A DNA stretch of 64,000 bases from Mustelus asterias (GCF_964213995.1 NC_135808.1:36580001-36644000); one strand, 5' to 3'; shown: positions 41,850 through 55,024, counted from the first letter of the stretch. Made by a program: numbers and translations. The notes: generated by a model not told the origin, from the sequence alone.

Positions 41850-42507
41850 AATGGAACATAGAAACAGGGCATTCAGCTCATCAAGTCTGCTGCGCCGTTC
41901 AATAGAACCATGGCTACTCGGACACTTCAATGCCTTATGCCCACATGATCCCCCATAATCCTTTGCATTATTGTGAATCAGAAATCTATCGGTCTCTGCT
42001 TTAAACATACTCAATAACTCAGCTTCCTCAGCCCTCTGAGGTAGGCAATTCTAAAGATCTACAGCCATCTGTGTGGAGAAATTTGGCCTCATCTCAGTCA
42101 TAATGACCTTCCTTTATTTTGAAATTGTGCTCCTGATTCTAGACTACCCAACCAAGGGAAACATCTTTCCTACATCCAGCCTGTCCATTCTTTTCAGTAT
42201 TTTGTGGGTTTCAATGAAATCGGCTCTCATTCTTTGAAACCCTAGAGTTCCATTTTGCCTAATCTCTCTTCATAAGACAGTCCCGCCATCCCCAGAAGAA
42301 TTCTAGTGAACCTTTGCACTCATCTGTGTCTTCATATCCTTTCTGATGTAAAGGACCAAAACTGCACACATTACTCCACGTGGGGTCTGACCAAGTTCCT
42401 ATACAATTGAAACAAGATCTTACTATTTCTGACTCAAAAGTGCTTGCGTTAAATGCTAAAATTCCATTAGCCTCCCTAATAGCTTGCTGCACCTGCATGC
42501 TAGCCTT
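41850..42507 (-). mobile_element. Old CR1 3' fragment (continues briefly after the SINE)
   Basis: MQVQQAIREANGILAF; MFKAETDRFL. Confidence 0.75.
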
Positions 42508-42845
42508 CAGGCAGCACGGTAGCACAGTGATTAGCACTGCAGCTTCACAGCTCCAGGGTCCCGGGTTCGATTCCCGGCTCGGGTCACTGTCTGTGTGGAG
42601 TTTGCACATTCTCCTCGTGTCTGCGTGGGTTTCCTCCGGGTGCTCCGGTTTCCTCCCACAGTCCAAAGATGTGCGGGTTAGGTTGATTGGCCAGGTTAAA
42701 AATTGCCCCTTAGAGTCCTGAGATGCGTAGGTTAGAGGGATTAGCGGGTGAAATATGTGGGGGTTAGGGCCTGGGTGGGATTGTGGTCGGTGCAGACTCG
42801 ATGGGCCGAATGGCCTCCTTCTGCACTGTAGGGATTCTATGATTC
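42508..42845 (+). mobile_element. Young HE1/V-SINE
   Basis: CpG-rich full copy with ggttcgattcc B box and tail gggattctatgattc. Confidence 0.88.
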
Positions 42846-43566
42846 AGTGACTTATGGACAAGGACGCCCAAGTCCCTCCAACGTACCTCGATGTAATAAT
42901 GGTGTGTCCACCTTGCATTTTTCTAAGATTCATTTCATGTTGTGGGAAAAATCTTGAATCATTTTTAAATGCTTTGTTATTTTAGTTGATTCAAAGTTTG
43001 TTGTAAGCTGAATATTGTATTCCTTGCTGTTTCATCAATCTTCTGTATTGAACTCGCAATAAATTCATTTTTTAAGCTGAACCAAAACTACCTGATTAGT
43101 CAGCATGGTGTGTTCCTAATCACTGAAATATTCAGGAGCCTACGTAGGAGTCCTGTATACAATATATTGGTCAATGTCACTGTGGGCTGGTATATTTTCT
43201 CCATCAATAGGTTTATAATTTCCAATACAGAGGAAGCATAACATTTCCCTAAGAAAGAAAGATTTGCATTTATATGTCAACTTTCACAAACCCATGTTGT
43301 CTGAACTCCTAGGTTCCTATAAACATATTTTTGACGGACAAGGGAGTCAAGGGTTATGAGGGTCAATGTGAAAGTGGAGTTGGGGCCATAATCAAATAAT
43401 TCATGATCTTATGAAATTGCAGAGGAGCTCGAAGGGCTGAATGGCCTTTTCCTGCTCCTACATCTAATGTTATTTGAATAATGAGGATAATCATAATGAA
43501 ATTACCCCAGTAATATTGTACAAAGTTTCTGCTTTGTTTTAAAATTATATTGAAGGGACCAATAAA

Positions 43567-44165
43567 ATGGTGAACTTTCTCTGTATTGCTTTATTGTGAT
43601 GAATGAGGAGCGAGATGGAGGAGAGGATGGGGTAGGAGAAGCGGGATAGGAGAATGAAAGTGGAAAGATAGAAACAGGACAGGAGGAGGAAAGAGGAAAG
43701 ATAAGGGAGATGATTGAAGGAGAATAAATTACTCCGCAGACATTACTCCAATCTCATAAAATTGAATACAACATTCAGAGAGCACCAGCAGACGTCACTG
43801 GAGTTTTATGGAATAGTTCCTTCCCAAGGTGTTGGAGGGATTGATAACACTCACACGGCATTGAAGGTCACCTGAGGTGACTCAGAGCTCCCTAAACAGA
43901 AAACAATTCCCCTCCTTCATGTGGTGTGTTATGACTGTCTGAGAATACTCCATGTGAACCTCACTCACACTGGATCATCCTACAAGACTTTAATTGTCAC
44001 GAACTCGGACATCACATTCATATTGGGGGAAGAAGCTGTGACCTGATTGTCTCTAATCAGCTATGTTCATCCCTTCTGTGACTGATGTCACCATTTCTTG
44101 TACCGCACACTGAGGTGTTGCTGTTTACTGATGCCATTATCGCTCGGAAGACATTCTACAAACAC
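43567..44165 (+). pseudogene. PIF/Harbinger (HARBI1-like) transposase fossil, paralog of 35441-35915
   Basis: LEFYGIV..GGIDNTHTALK...LNRKQFPS..VVCYDCLRILHVNLTHTGSS...LMSPFLVPHTE, with stops and frameshifts. Confidence 0.75.
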
Positions 44166-44474
44166 GAGATTTTCTTTTTCTTCCTCCCAGGCGCCCCTTC
44201 TCTCCTTTACAACTCCTGTTTACGTCATCTCCTCGGCTTGTATTCCTCCCAGGACCCTGTCGCGGCTTTGTTCCTCTCCTGTGTCTGTCTCTCCTCTGCC
44301 TGTTCCGATTCCATCACTGCTCATCATCTCTGCTTTGGATGCTGTGCGTCTTCCTCTTCTGATCTGTTGCCAAACATATCCCAGGCTACACATCCCACAC
44401 TGATGTTGTCAGTTTAAAAGCCTCCGAGGATGAAGAATGCTATTCCCACACTAGGAATCTCTGTCAAACATTTG

Positions 44475-44753
44475 CCAGGGGGAGCTGAGACAACAACTGC
44501 AATAAGTGAGGTTTTATTCAGATGGGACAATGACAAGTTTAAATCCCCACCTTATCTGCTGCTCAAAGTCGCCTCCGTTTCATCGGTCACTTTCCCAAGC
44601 TTCAGGAAACTCAGGTTACTCCAGAAATATTTGGATTGGCTGTGAGAGACGTCAATCAGAGAGCCCACCCACTCTGCCCATTCCCTCCTCTTCCTCTTTC
44701 ACAGCTGCTTCACTTCCTGTAGGGACTGAAAACCAAGTGAGGAGATGGTGAGT
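44475..44753 (+). promoter_or_regulatory. ZNF-module promoter/5' exon, ending ATG|GTGAGT (44747/44748)
   Basis: Homologous block with CCAAT, CRE-like and ETS-like motifs. Confidence 0.65.
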
Positions 44754-46177
44754 GAAGGAGCAGAATTTATAATAATTATATTGCATAATATCCACACTAA
44801 TGTTCAGGCGGTCTGATTATAGTGTGGGGAATCAGGTGTGGAAATGCCCTTTATTCTGTGTGAGAAGATCCAGCTGAGAGACCTGTTTACTCAGTGCTTT
44901 GTGCTGAGCTGATTGGAGCTGTGTGTTGGATATTGAGTGTTTATTGGAAGTATTTCCCTTCTGATTTACAGGCTGAGTTTTGTTGAGGGGTCATTACTGA
45001 ATATGAGAAGGTGAGGTGTAATTATCTGGTTGGGACAGAGACACATTTACTGAAATGTCTTCATTAAAGATTTTACCTGAAGGCCTTGGCCTTTCCAAAA
45101 ATCCTGGGCTTGAATTTGCAAGTTTTGCCCAGTGCTGTGTCTGATAGCTGAATTTGGGATGTGCAGTCTGAGTGAGTGCAGTATATCTAATTTCCCAGGA
45201 TAAACCAGAACCCTTCAATCAGCTGCAGTGAAGCCATATTTTTGTTAGCAACTAGCACTTCTTGTCCAATGTGTTTTCGTCAAATAATTGGAGAAAACAA
45301 GAGGAAACATTCAAAAATTTCTAAAGAAAATGTTAATTTTAAAGAATTAACATTTCTCTTGTTTGCTTTTATATTAAACACATACTCAAAGGCTAAAATG
45401 GTCTTTGCCATCACAGCTCAACCTCAGTGAACTGATAGCCCATTTTACACTGCATCCAACTGTCTTTTTTCATTGCCCTCATGGTGCCTGGGAAAATGGG
45501 GGTTTGGGCAGAGGAAAGAAAGTAGCCATGTTGTCTGCTCCTGGTCACGATCCAGTGTCCCTTCTGGAAACAGAGGATGTGTGACAGTAAAGTGAGGAAA
45601 AGGGATCTGCAACTGATCCCCACACAGGGCAATAGCAAATTGGCACTCACAGTCTGTAACTGAGGTGTCAGCCTCTTCAACAAAGGAGGAAAGGGAGTTG
45701 GAGGAAATCATGTTTCCTTTTCCTGTTTTACAGAAGGATTGCACTGTACTACATCAGAGAATACAGAGAGGATAGACACCACAGATTGATCCTGACCATC
45801 ACTCAAGAAACAACTGCACAACTGTGGGAAGACAAATAGACCCTTCGGAGAAGGTGAAACCATCAGCTGGAAATTGTTCGGCTCAGGTGGGCTTTGACTT
45901 ATCATCAGATCTGAAACTGGTCAGTGGTGTGGAATCTTCCATCAGAACGAACCTTTCTGAAGGTTCAGCTGTGGCTGATTGGTCAGGGTGAGGCTGGGAA
46001 GAAGTGTGAGTGAGTTCCAATTGTGGGAGGGCTTCAATCATTAATTGAGTCTCATGAAGCATGGACTCGTCCTCGAGGTGAGATGCTGTTCAGCTGTGAG
46101 CTGTGTGGCAGGTGATCCACAGTTTCTTAAGATCATCTAAGTTGCATTTTTTACAACTACTGTTACCACACAGCGAC

Positions 46178-48854
46178 ATGGAAGAGAAACTATTCAGGTG
46201 TGATGTTTGTGATAAAGATTTTGTAAATTCTACAAAGCTCCTGAGACACCAGGTGATTCACACAGGCAAGAAACCATTCAGATGTGATATTTGTGTGAAG
46301 TCCTTCTCACAATCATCGACTCTCCTTCAACATCAGTACCTTCACACAGGGGAGAAACCCTTCATGTGCAAAATGTGTGACAAATCATTCCCATGGTCAT
46401 CAGCTCTCCGCAAACACCAACGTGTTCACACAGGAGAAAAACCCTTCACATGTGAGGTATGTGACAAATCATTTACACAGTCATCTGGCCTCAGTGAACA
46501 CAGACGTCTTCACACAGGGGAGAAACCCTTCAACTGTGATGTTTGTCAGATGACTTTCAGCCGAAAAGCCAGCCTTCTATCACACCAGAGGATTCACACA
46601 GGGGAGAAACCCTTCACTTGTGAGGTGTGTGACAAATCATTTTCAAAGTTATCAAACCTCCGACAGCATCGACGCATTCACACAGGGGAGAAACCCTTCA
46701 AATGTGATGTTTGTAAGAAAGCTTTCAGCCAATTTGCCCATCTTCTGTCACACCAGAGAATTCACACGGGGGAGAAACCCTTCACATGTGAGGTGTGTAA
46801 CAAATCATTCTCGTTGTCATCGACCCTCCGCGAACACCAACGTGTTCACACAGGGGAAAAAGCATTCACGTGTGAGGTGTGTGATAAATCATTCTCAAAG
46901 TCATCGACCCTTCGTGTACACCAACGCATTCACACGGGGGAAAAGCCATTCACATGTGAAGTGTGTGACAAATCATACTCAGATTCGTCAACTCTCTGTA
47001 AACACCGACGCACTCATGCAGCTGAGAAACCTTTCAAATGTGACTTTTGTAAGAAAGCTTTCAACCAATTTGCCCATCTTCTATCACACCAGAAGATTCA
47101 TAGAGGGGAGAAACTCTTCACATGTGAGGTTTGTGACAAATCATTCTCGGAATCATCGACCCTCCGCAAACACCAACGCACTCACACAGGGGAGAAACCC
47201 TTCCCATGCAAGGTATGTGACTAATTATTCTCAGACTTATTGGCTTTTTGTGTATACTGACATATTCACATGTATGTATGTGACAAATCATTCCCTCTTT
47301 TGTCATCTTCCCTCTGCACACAGCAACACATTCCCATTTATGGTATGTAACAAATCGTTCTCGGACTAATCAGTCCTCTGCACACTGGTGAGAAACTAGT
47401 CACATATGAGGTATGACAAATCATTCTCATGGTCATCAGACATCCACAGACACCAACACATTCATACTGCAGCTCACCTGCTTCCCTTACACTGAGAGTT
47501 GTTGTGTTGCTTACCCTCCAGTGCTCACAGGGGAGCTGTCCTTCCAAAGCACTGTCTGTCTCAGCAGTGTCTGTCTCCAACCTCTCCCACCATCAGTCCA
47601 ATTGTTTCAAAAAGGTCCATTTAACCTTTGACCCGCTTGCCAAACATCTCCAAAAGAAGACATCTATATGTATAGAAATTGCTGCTTAAGCACAAGTTTC
47701 CCTACGATGGACAAGAGGGCAATAGCTGAATATTAATTACATAAATATATGATAATTTTTGAAACTTTGAATCATAGTTTTTGAGTTGAAATTACAGGTT
47801 GATCTGTAATCAGAAGTCCCCCTGGGTGCAGGCTGAAAGCTGTCTCCATCGCTCGGAAAATGTGTCACAAGACAGCACAGTGAAGTCTGGACCATGACTT
47901 TTTCATTTTCATTCCTTCCTTTAGGTAAAGCTGGCCCATAATATCCAGGAGCGCTCATTGACTGGAGGAGGAGTTCCGTACATCAAGGAGCTGACGGAAC
48001 AGGAGGAGTTCACGAGGAAGCAGTTTGGCCTCTCCAACCCCACAATAACCAATGGCGGATCAGATATGGGGATGAGCGAAGGTGATGTCAGCAGCTGAGT
48101 GTTTAAACCATCAGGAGGAGAGTTAATTTATTTGATAAAAGATAATAATTGTGATTTTCTTCCTCTGACAGATACACAGGTGTCCATGGGCACATCAGAT
48201 GGTGATGGAGGAGAGTTGGCAGCAGCGTCCGAGATTCCTGAAAGGATTGATGAGGAAGGGACGGAGGTGAATACATCACAGCAGTGTGACATAGCAACGG
48301 CAGTGGAGGAGGGAGAGGAGAGTCAGGAGGGTAAGATGTCTGATTTGGAGGATAATGTTGGTGAGTTAAAGTTAAATATTGTGGCTTATGTGAAGGAGGA
48401 GGCCTGTGATTCTCTGGCTGCTGTGGTGGAGGGAGGGCACTCAGAATCTTCTGGAGGTGAGGAACCCGCTGCTTTGGGAGCAGAAGCCTTGCCACCTCCA
48501 GGAGCATATGGACAACAACAGGCCCATATTGCTGGTGAAGAAAATAAAGATGATCTGAAACCTTTTGCACACTTACATCAAGAACATGTTCAAAGATTGG
48601 AGAGTTATCAGATCACTTCTAACTTGCTTCAGCAAACTTTGACTGAATTTAAGACAGATGTTAGTCTGAATCTGCAAAGAAACAATGAGATTCTTCAGCA
48701 GCATCTACAAAGAAACAATGAGATTCTTCAGCAGCAGAATGAGTTTCTTTGTCATCTTCTGCAAAGAAGCAATGAAACTTTGAATGAAATGAGGCAGATT
48801 CTGTCTCAGATTGTTGGGCCTGCACCTTCTGGCCAGCAGCAGCCCAGTGCATAG
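46178..48854 (+). CDS. Predicted spliced fusion gene: 12 C2H2 fingers plus Harbinger Myb/SANT-like C-terminal region; exons 46178-47212, 47925-48081, 48172-48854 (~624 aa)
   Basis: Donor AAG|GTATGT after 345 codons; acceptor ttccttcctttag|; 157-nt exon VKLAHNIQERSLTGGGVPYIKELTEQEEF...; phase-1 join to ORF 48099-48854 (acidic region, VKEE, LQRNNEILQQH repeats). Confidence 0.8.
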
Positions 48855-49444
48855 ACATCTGTTGCTGGACATGCCTCTGCTACAGGCCACCTTACAGGAA
48901 CTGGGGAGACACAGAAGGTATCAGGATCCTTTCCTCCAACACTGCCTTCTCAAACCCATAAACCCCCTCCTCAGCCCCATTATCTCTCCCTCCTGAGGGA
49001 TATTTTTCTGTCTGAATTTTTGCCATGACAGAGCGCCTCTCCATCTTGAGGACAATGGCACAATATGCCTGAATCTCTGAATCCTGCTCCCCGATTACAG
49101 CAGCTCCCATTTTTGTTGGATCAGGAATGGGCTAGGTTGGGATTTGTTGGGTTCACGGAGTCAACAGTCCATAGAAATAAGCAGCTATATCCACTTGTGT
49201 AATTTTGGGTGAGAGGTGCCTTAAATCTGATGTGTGCAGACTAGACCAAGTAAGATCAGGTCTGAACTCCGTGGATTTGGTACTCTTTTGCAGAGGATAT
49301 GGTCCCCAGGCATCTTTGTGGAAGTAAGCTGTCCTTTGAGTTTCCTGAAAGTAGAAACAAATATGAATTAAAAGTTCACAAACTCATTGGAACTGAGAGC
49401 ACAAGGAACTGTTAAAAACAATTGTCAGAAGTGTCAAGGTGAAT

Positions 49445-49725
49445 GGGCGGCACGGTGGCACAGTGTTTCGCACTGCAGCCTCACAGCACCAGGGATCCTG
49501 GTTCAATTCCTGGCTTGGGTCACTGTCTGTATGGAGTCTGTATGCTCTCCCCATGTCTGCATGGGTTTCCTCTGAATGCTCTGGTTTCATCCCACAGTCT
49601 GAAAGACATGCTGGTTAAGCACGTATTGGCCATGCTAAATTCTCCCGACTAGGGGACTTTCACAGAAACTTCATTGCAGTGTTAATGTAAGCCTTCTTGT
49701 GACACTAATTAATAAACTTTAAACA
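49445..49725 (+). mobile_element. HE1/V-SINE variant
   Basis: gggcggcacggtggcacagtg head; tail like 12830. Confidence 0.8.
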
Positions 49726-50014
49726 AATGGAGCTCTCAAACTCTCCAGACATTTAAATCTCCTGCCTTTGAAGAATGTGGAATGTTAAAAGTTATTACCT
49801 TTCACACTCTCTGATGTAAGCATCAGTGACTGACTGGATTGATATTGCATGACACATTTCACAATTATCCGTTATCACATTAGGATGCATTCCATCCCAT
49901 ATAATTTTGATTGACAGCTCCATGTCATTGCAGCACTTCAAGTGGGACTATGAATTTTTTTCAGACAGGATTATGCAATTGAATGATATGTTTGTTACAA
50001 GGAATATAAATGTA

Positions 50015-50650
50015 CTAAAACAGAACTGCTGGAAAATCACAGCAGGTCTGACAGCATCTGTGGAGAGAGAATAGAGCCAATGTTTCGAGTCTGGATGACC
50101 CTTCATCAGAGCTAACGGCAAAGAAAATCAGAAAAGATTTATAGTTATAAGGGTGGTGGGGACCTGTAAGAAGACAAAGGGAATGTAAATGAGGATAAAG
50201 AAGGCTGAGAGAGGGGCTAAAAGTGTCCATTAAGAGATCAGAATGTGAATGGCAGAACAGAGATACAGATGGTTAAAGCAGTTGGCCTGAAGGGGGTGGG
50301 GGGTGGCAAGAAGAGCGGGAATGGAGAAGAGGAAAAATGGAAGAGAGAAAGAAGGATGATAAAAATGGATGAATGAGATGAAAAGGAGAAACAGAATGAA
50401 ATAACACATGGAAATGGGGTGAAGTTGGAGGGAGAGTAACAACTTCTGAGCATGAACGCTCCCCTCCACCTTCACCCCATTTCCATTTATTTCATTCTGT
50501 TTCTTCTTTTCATCTCATTCAACAATTTTTATCGTCCTTCTTTCTCTCCTCCATTTTCATATCAGATTTAAGGCACTTCTCCATTCCAGCTCTCCTTCTT
50601 GCCCCCTTCCCCCGGCTTTCAGGCCAACTGCCTTCACCATCTGTACCTCT
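50015..50650. mobile_element. Penelope-like pLTR with internal inverted repeat and hammerhead motif (50065-50110, minus strand)
   Basis: Minus strand reads ctgatga-agggtc-atcca-gactc-gaaa; imperfect inverted arms around ~50450. Related degenerate copies at 11965-12100 and 12225-12320. Confidence 0.6.
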
Positions 50651-51156
50651 ACCGTCTTCATTCTCAGCAAGTGAGCAGTCTGGTGCAGACAAATCGGCAC
50701 TATGTAAACAGAGCTGAATCTTAAACATACCTCTCACAAGAAACATGATGTAAATGCATTTCTTAAAGGCATATTATCAACAGACCTGTCTGCACAGCAC
50801 ATGCGCACGAGTCTGTGATTACGCTGAAATCCAATGATGTCACTCCGTTGCGCCCAGTCTGCTGGTACCCTCTGCACATAGGTCAGTGATATCACCATGC
50901 ACATGCACCACCTTCCTGATTCTGTGTTGTAAATACTCTGTTTACTTTATTACCTTTAGTTTCTGGCAGTGCTTTTCTGCTCATGTATAAAATCTTACAT
51001 ATTGATAAATATATTGATTTTACTTTGTAATGATTTGATGGTGTGATATTTATTGCTTTTAAAATGAGACGGGAAAGTGAAAGGCATCTCACGTACATGG
51101 TTTCTGAGGCATTGTAAATCCATTCATGATAGGTTCATCCTATGAAGCACTGATTG

Positions 51157-51485
51157 AGGTGACCTTGTGGTGCAGTGAGTAGCACCCCTGGTTCTGAGCC
51201 AGAAGCTCTGGGCTCGAGTCCCACCCCTGAATTTGATGGCCAAGGAAAGTGCATTTATAACGTGGCCGAACAAGTTGAGTATTAAACTGGAAAATTCTGC
51301 CAACTCACCAAATGGCTAGCGGTAAGAGCGGAAGAGACTCCTGGTCAGCCATGCTTCGTGTGGAGTGGCGCCCCTCAAGCTATAGGCCTCTGGTGATAGG
51401 ATAGTGACCTATTCCAGGAAGAATCTTGTTTTGGGAACAGATGAAAGTCTGTCTTCAGCAGCACTAGGTGCGGGAAGAGAAGTAA
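51157..51485 (+). mobile_element. Probable tRNA-derived SINE of another family
   Basis: A-box-like tggtgcagtgag and B-box-like ggctcgagtccc. Confidence 0.45.
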
Positions 51486-52289
51486 CTAAACACTGACAGA
51501 GGTGGCAAGTTCCATTTCATGGGAAGCATCCTCTGTTTCTACAAACTGACATTTTGCTGCTCGCAGTCAAAACAAAATGCCAAAAGAAAGTCTGAATTAC
51601 AGCATCTGGGGTCGGTTTGATTGTAAACAATCTGAAGGATGAAAAAACTTTACAGGTCATTAATACTATTCTGAGTACTAGATGCTGGAGGTCGACAAGC
51701 TGAGTGGAATGAGAGCTGTTGTACAAATCAGACTGAAAGAAGCAGCAATGAAAGGCCAATATGTCAATGATTCTGCCGCAATTCTTGTCACATTGAAGTT
51801 GTAGTCAGGGCACAGGTTAGAAACTAAGGGTTTTAAGAGGCATTTTCACTGTTTGGAACATGAATCAATATAAATCTCTTGTGCTGAACAATTTCTGTCT
51901 CACATCCACAAATTCCCATCCCCGACAAACAAAAAGCTGACTCCCTCTCAGGCCAAATTCACTGCCCGAGGCCCAAGTCTGACTGTGGCCCCACTCGGAA
52001 AACTGACTCCCTCGCCATTGATGACAGACGCTTTGGACAACCTGCTTCAATTCGGAATTAAACAATGCTGCCTAAAACACAGCTGTGATTATTTGAGCAG
52101 CACCATCTTTGTTCCTGGTTGCTGCCTAATCCGTCAGTGGCAATATGGTAACGGAATAAAAGACGAAAACTGTTCTGGCAAAAATGCACCCAATCAGCAC
52201 AGAGACAGGCCATTTGGCGCACCCACTTTCTACCGGTGTTTATGCTCCACATGAGCTTCTCCCTACCTATTATTTATTTACTAGTGTTA

Positions 52290-53488
52290 CAAGTATCTAC
52301 AGCAGGCCCATTGATAATCTCACAATGCTCCACTTCTCCAGCTTCCACCCTAAACATGTTAAAGAAGCCATCCCCTGCGGGCAAGCCCTCTGTATACACA
52401 GGATCTGCTCAGACAAGGAGGAACGCAACGCAACAGATATCTACAGGCGCTGAAAGATGCGGGATATGACACTTGACTCAAAGATAGATGCCAACCTCCT
52501 CAGAAGACAAACACGAGACATGACCGACAGAGTGCCCTTCGTCGTCCAGTACTTCCCTGGAGCAGAGAAACTACGACATCTTCGGAGCCTTCAACATGTC
52601 ATCGATCAAGATGAACATCTCGCCAAGGCCATCCCCACATCCCCACTACTTGTCTTCAAACAACTGCACAACCTCAAACAGACCATTGTTCGCAGCAAAC
52701 TACCCAGCCTTCAGGAGAACAGCAACCACGACACCACACAACTCTGCCACGGCAACCTCTGCAAGATGTGCCAGATCATCGACATGGCTACCACCATTAC
52801 ACGTGAGAACACCACCCACCAGGTACACAGTACATACTCATGCGACTCGGCCAACGTTGTCTACCTCATACGCTGCAGGAAAAAATGTCCCGAGGCGTGG
52901 TACGTCGCCGAGACCATGCAGACGCTACGACAACGAGGAACGGACACCGCAGGACAATCGCAAGGCAGGAGTGTTCCCTTCCAGTCGGGAAACACTTTAG
53001 CAGTCAAGGGTATTCAGCCTCTGATCTTCTGGTAAGCGTTCTCCAAGGCGGCCTTCAAGACACACAACGCAGAATTGCTGGGCAGAAACTGATAGCCAAG
53101 TTCTGCATGCATGAGGACGGCCTCAACCGGGATCTTGGGTTAATGTCACATTACATGTAACACCCACCATTTGGCCTGGGCTTGCAAAATCCTGCTAACT
53201 GTCCTGGCTTGAGACAATTCACACCTCTTTAACCTGTGATTATCCCCCTTTCCACTCGCATTGTCTGTACCTGACTTGATTATCTGAAAAGACTCACATT
53301 CCAACCATTATCTTGCTATTGTGTCTTTGTCTATATATGACGTGTTTGTGAAACCTACCTCTCCACTCACCTGATGAAGGAGCAGCGCTCCAAAAGCTTA
53401 TGATTCCAAATAAACCTGTTGGACTTTAACCTGGTTGTGAGACTTCTTATTGTGCCCACTCAAGTCCAATGCCGGCATCTCCACATCA
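52290..53488 (+). mobile_element. Penelope-like element 3' part with GIY-YIG endonuclease remnant and pLTR
   Basis: YSCDSANVVYLIRCRKKCPEAWYVAET..LRQR; KLIAKF..HEDGLNRDLG; pLTR shared with 34333-34627. Confidence 0.88.
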
Positions 53489-53814
53489 AGTATTTTATCG
53501 CAGCTGATCAGCAGATCTTTCTATTCCTTACTCTCCCATCAACTTGCCTGGCTTCCCATACATCAAAACTATTTGCCTCAACCATTCCCTGTGGGAGGAA
53601 GTTCTCTTGGGAAATAAGTTTCTTCTGAATTCCTCATTGGACTTATAATTGACCACTTATATTTCTGGAACCCTAGTCTTGGACTCCTCACGCAACTGGG
53701 AACATCTCTCCATTTACCCCAAATTCTTAATTTTAAGTATTTCTTATGATGTTCCTTCTCAACTATTTGTAGAGAAAGTGTGCTGGCCTGTTCAGCCTTT
53801 TCTGATAGTTACAG

Positions 53815-54136
53815 AGGTGACACAGTGGTGAGCAGTACTGCCTCACAACGTATGGGATCCAGGTTCAATTCTGGCCATGGGTGACTGTCACATTCTCCTG
53901 TGTCATTGTGTGTTTCCTCTGGGTGCTCTGGTTTCCCCCCCACACTCCAAAGATTGGGTGGTAGATTGGCCATGCTAGATTGTCCCTTACTGTCACAAGA
54001 TGTGTCGGTTAGGGGAGGTAGCGGGGTAAATATGTGGAGCGATATAGGGTTGGCCGTGGATAGAATGCTCTGTCGGAGAGTCGGTGCAGACCTGAGGCCA
54101 AATGGCCTCCTTCTGCACTGTTCAGATTCTATGATT
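53815..54136 (+). mobile_element. HE1/V-SINE (old)
   Basis: Degenerate head, core and tail. Confidence 0.7.
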
Positions 54137-54399
54137 CACCTAGCAGTGACAAATAACAAGGAAAAAATCTCTCAATATCATCCTTATCAACGCTTTTTGC
54201 AACTCCTCCAGTCCCTTTCTGTTTTTTATTCAATATGTTGATCTGAATTGTGCACAGCTCTCCCAACTGTGGTCCAAACAAGGTTCGAGACAAGTTTAAC
54301 ATCACTTCTCTGCTTTTCAATTCTATTCCTCCAAAAATGGACCCCATTGTTATTATTGTTTGATTTTTTTTTCTGTGGAGAGATAAGCAACCTTTCTGC

Positions 54400-54830
54400 A
54401 GCCTTTGACATGACCGACCACACTATCCTTCTGCTGCAACTCTTCTATGTTCTCCAGTCAGTGGGACAGTTGTGACTTGTGTGACTTTTTCCTCTTCAGT
54501 TGTATACAGAGAATCTCCTGCAATGGTGAATCTTCCCACCGCTATCGCTCTGGTTCCTACCAAGGATCAATCTCTGCTTTTCAATTCGATTCAACCGCTC
54601 GGGCTCGCGCTTCCTCACATTCCAACTCCCGAACGCTCGGAGCCAACCGCAGCTGCGCGCGGCAGAACTACAACTCCCATCAGGCACCGCGGGCTGGCTC
54701 TCCCCCGATTCCATACTGCCGCTCCTCACTGCGCAGGCCCAGGGCTACATGCAGCCGACGAATGTAGTGCCGACTGGATGAAAGTCTACGTGGAAAAGCC
54801 GCTGGGCAGAACTGGGCGGAGCGCGGTGCC
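54400..54830 (+). promoter_or_regulatory. SBS/ZNF143 CpG-rich promoter, copy 3 (most CpG-rich)
   Basis: ACTACAACTCCCATCAGGCACCGCG at 54667-54691; TGCGCA and GGGCGG elements downstream. Confidence 0.72.
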
Positions 54831-55024
54831 ACTAATATCCTGCCCCCACAAAGTCAAAATCACACTGATTGACTTGCCTGTTTTGTTTTCTCTCTCGCTG
54901 ACTGACTGTGACCAACGTCAATCAGAGCACTCAGCTTTTTGATTGAGCTGTATGTTGGATATGGAGAGTGTTTATTGGAAGCATTTACAGGCTGAGTTTT
55001 GGTGATAGGTCATCACTGAATCTG

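Noticed and set aside
42508-42585. tRNA genes at SINE heads
   Set aside because: The A/B boxes run into SINE bodies and tails; no complete cloverleaf.
46103-46177. N-terminal extension of the 373-aa ZNF ORF
   Set aside because: Non-ATG start; all paralogs begin at MEEK/MEGK, here at 46178.
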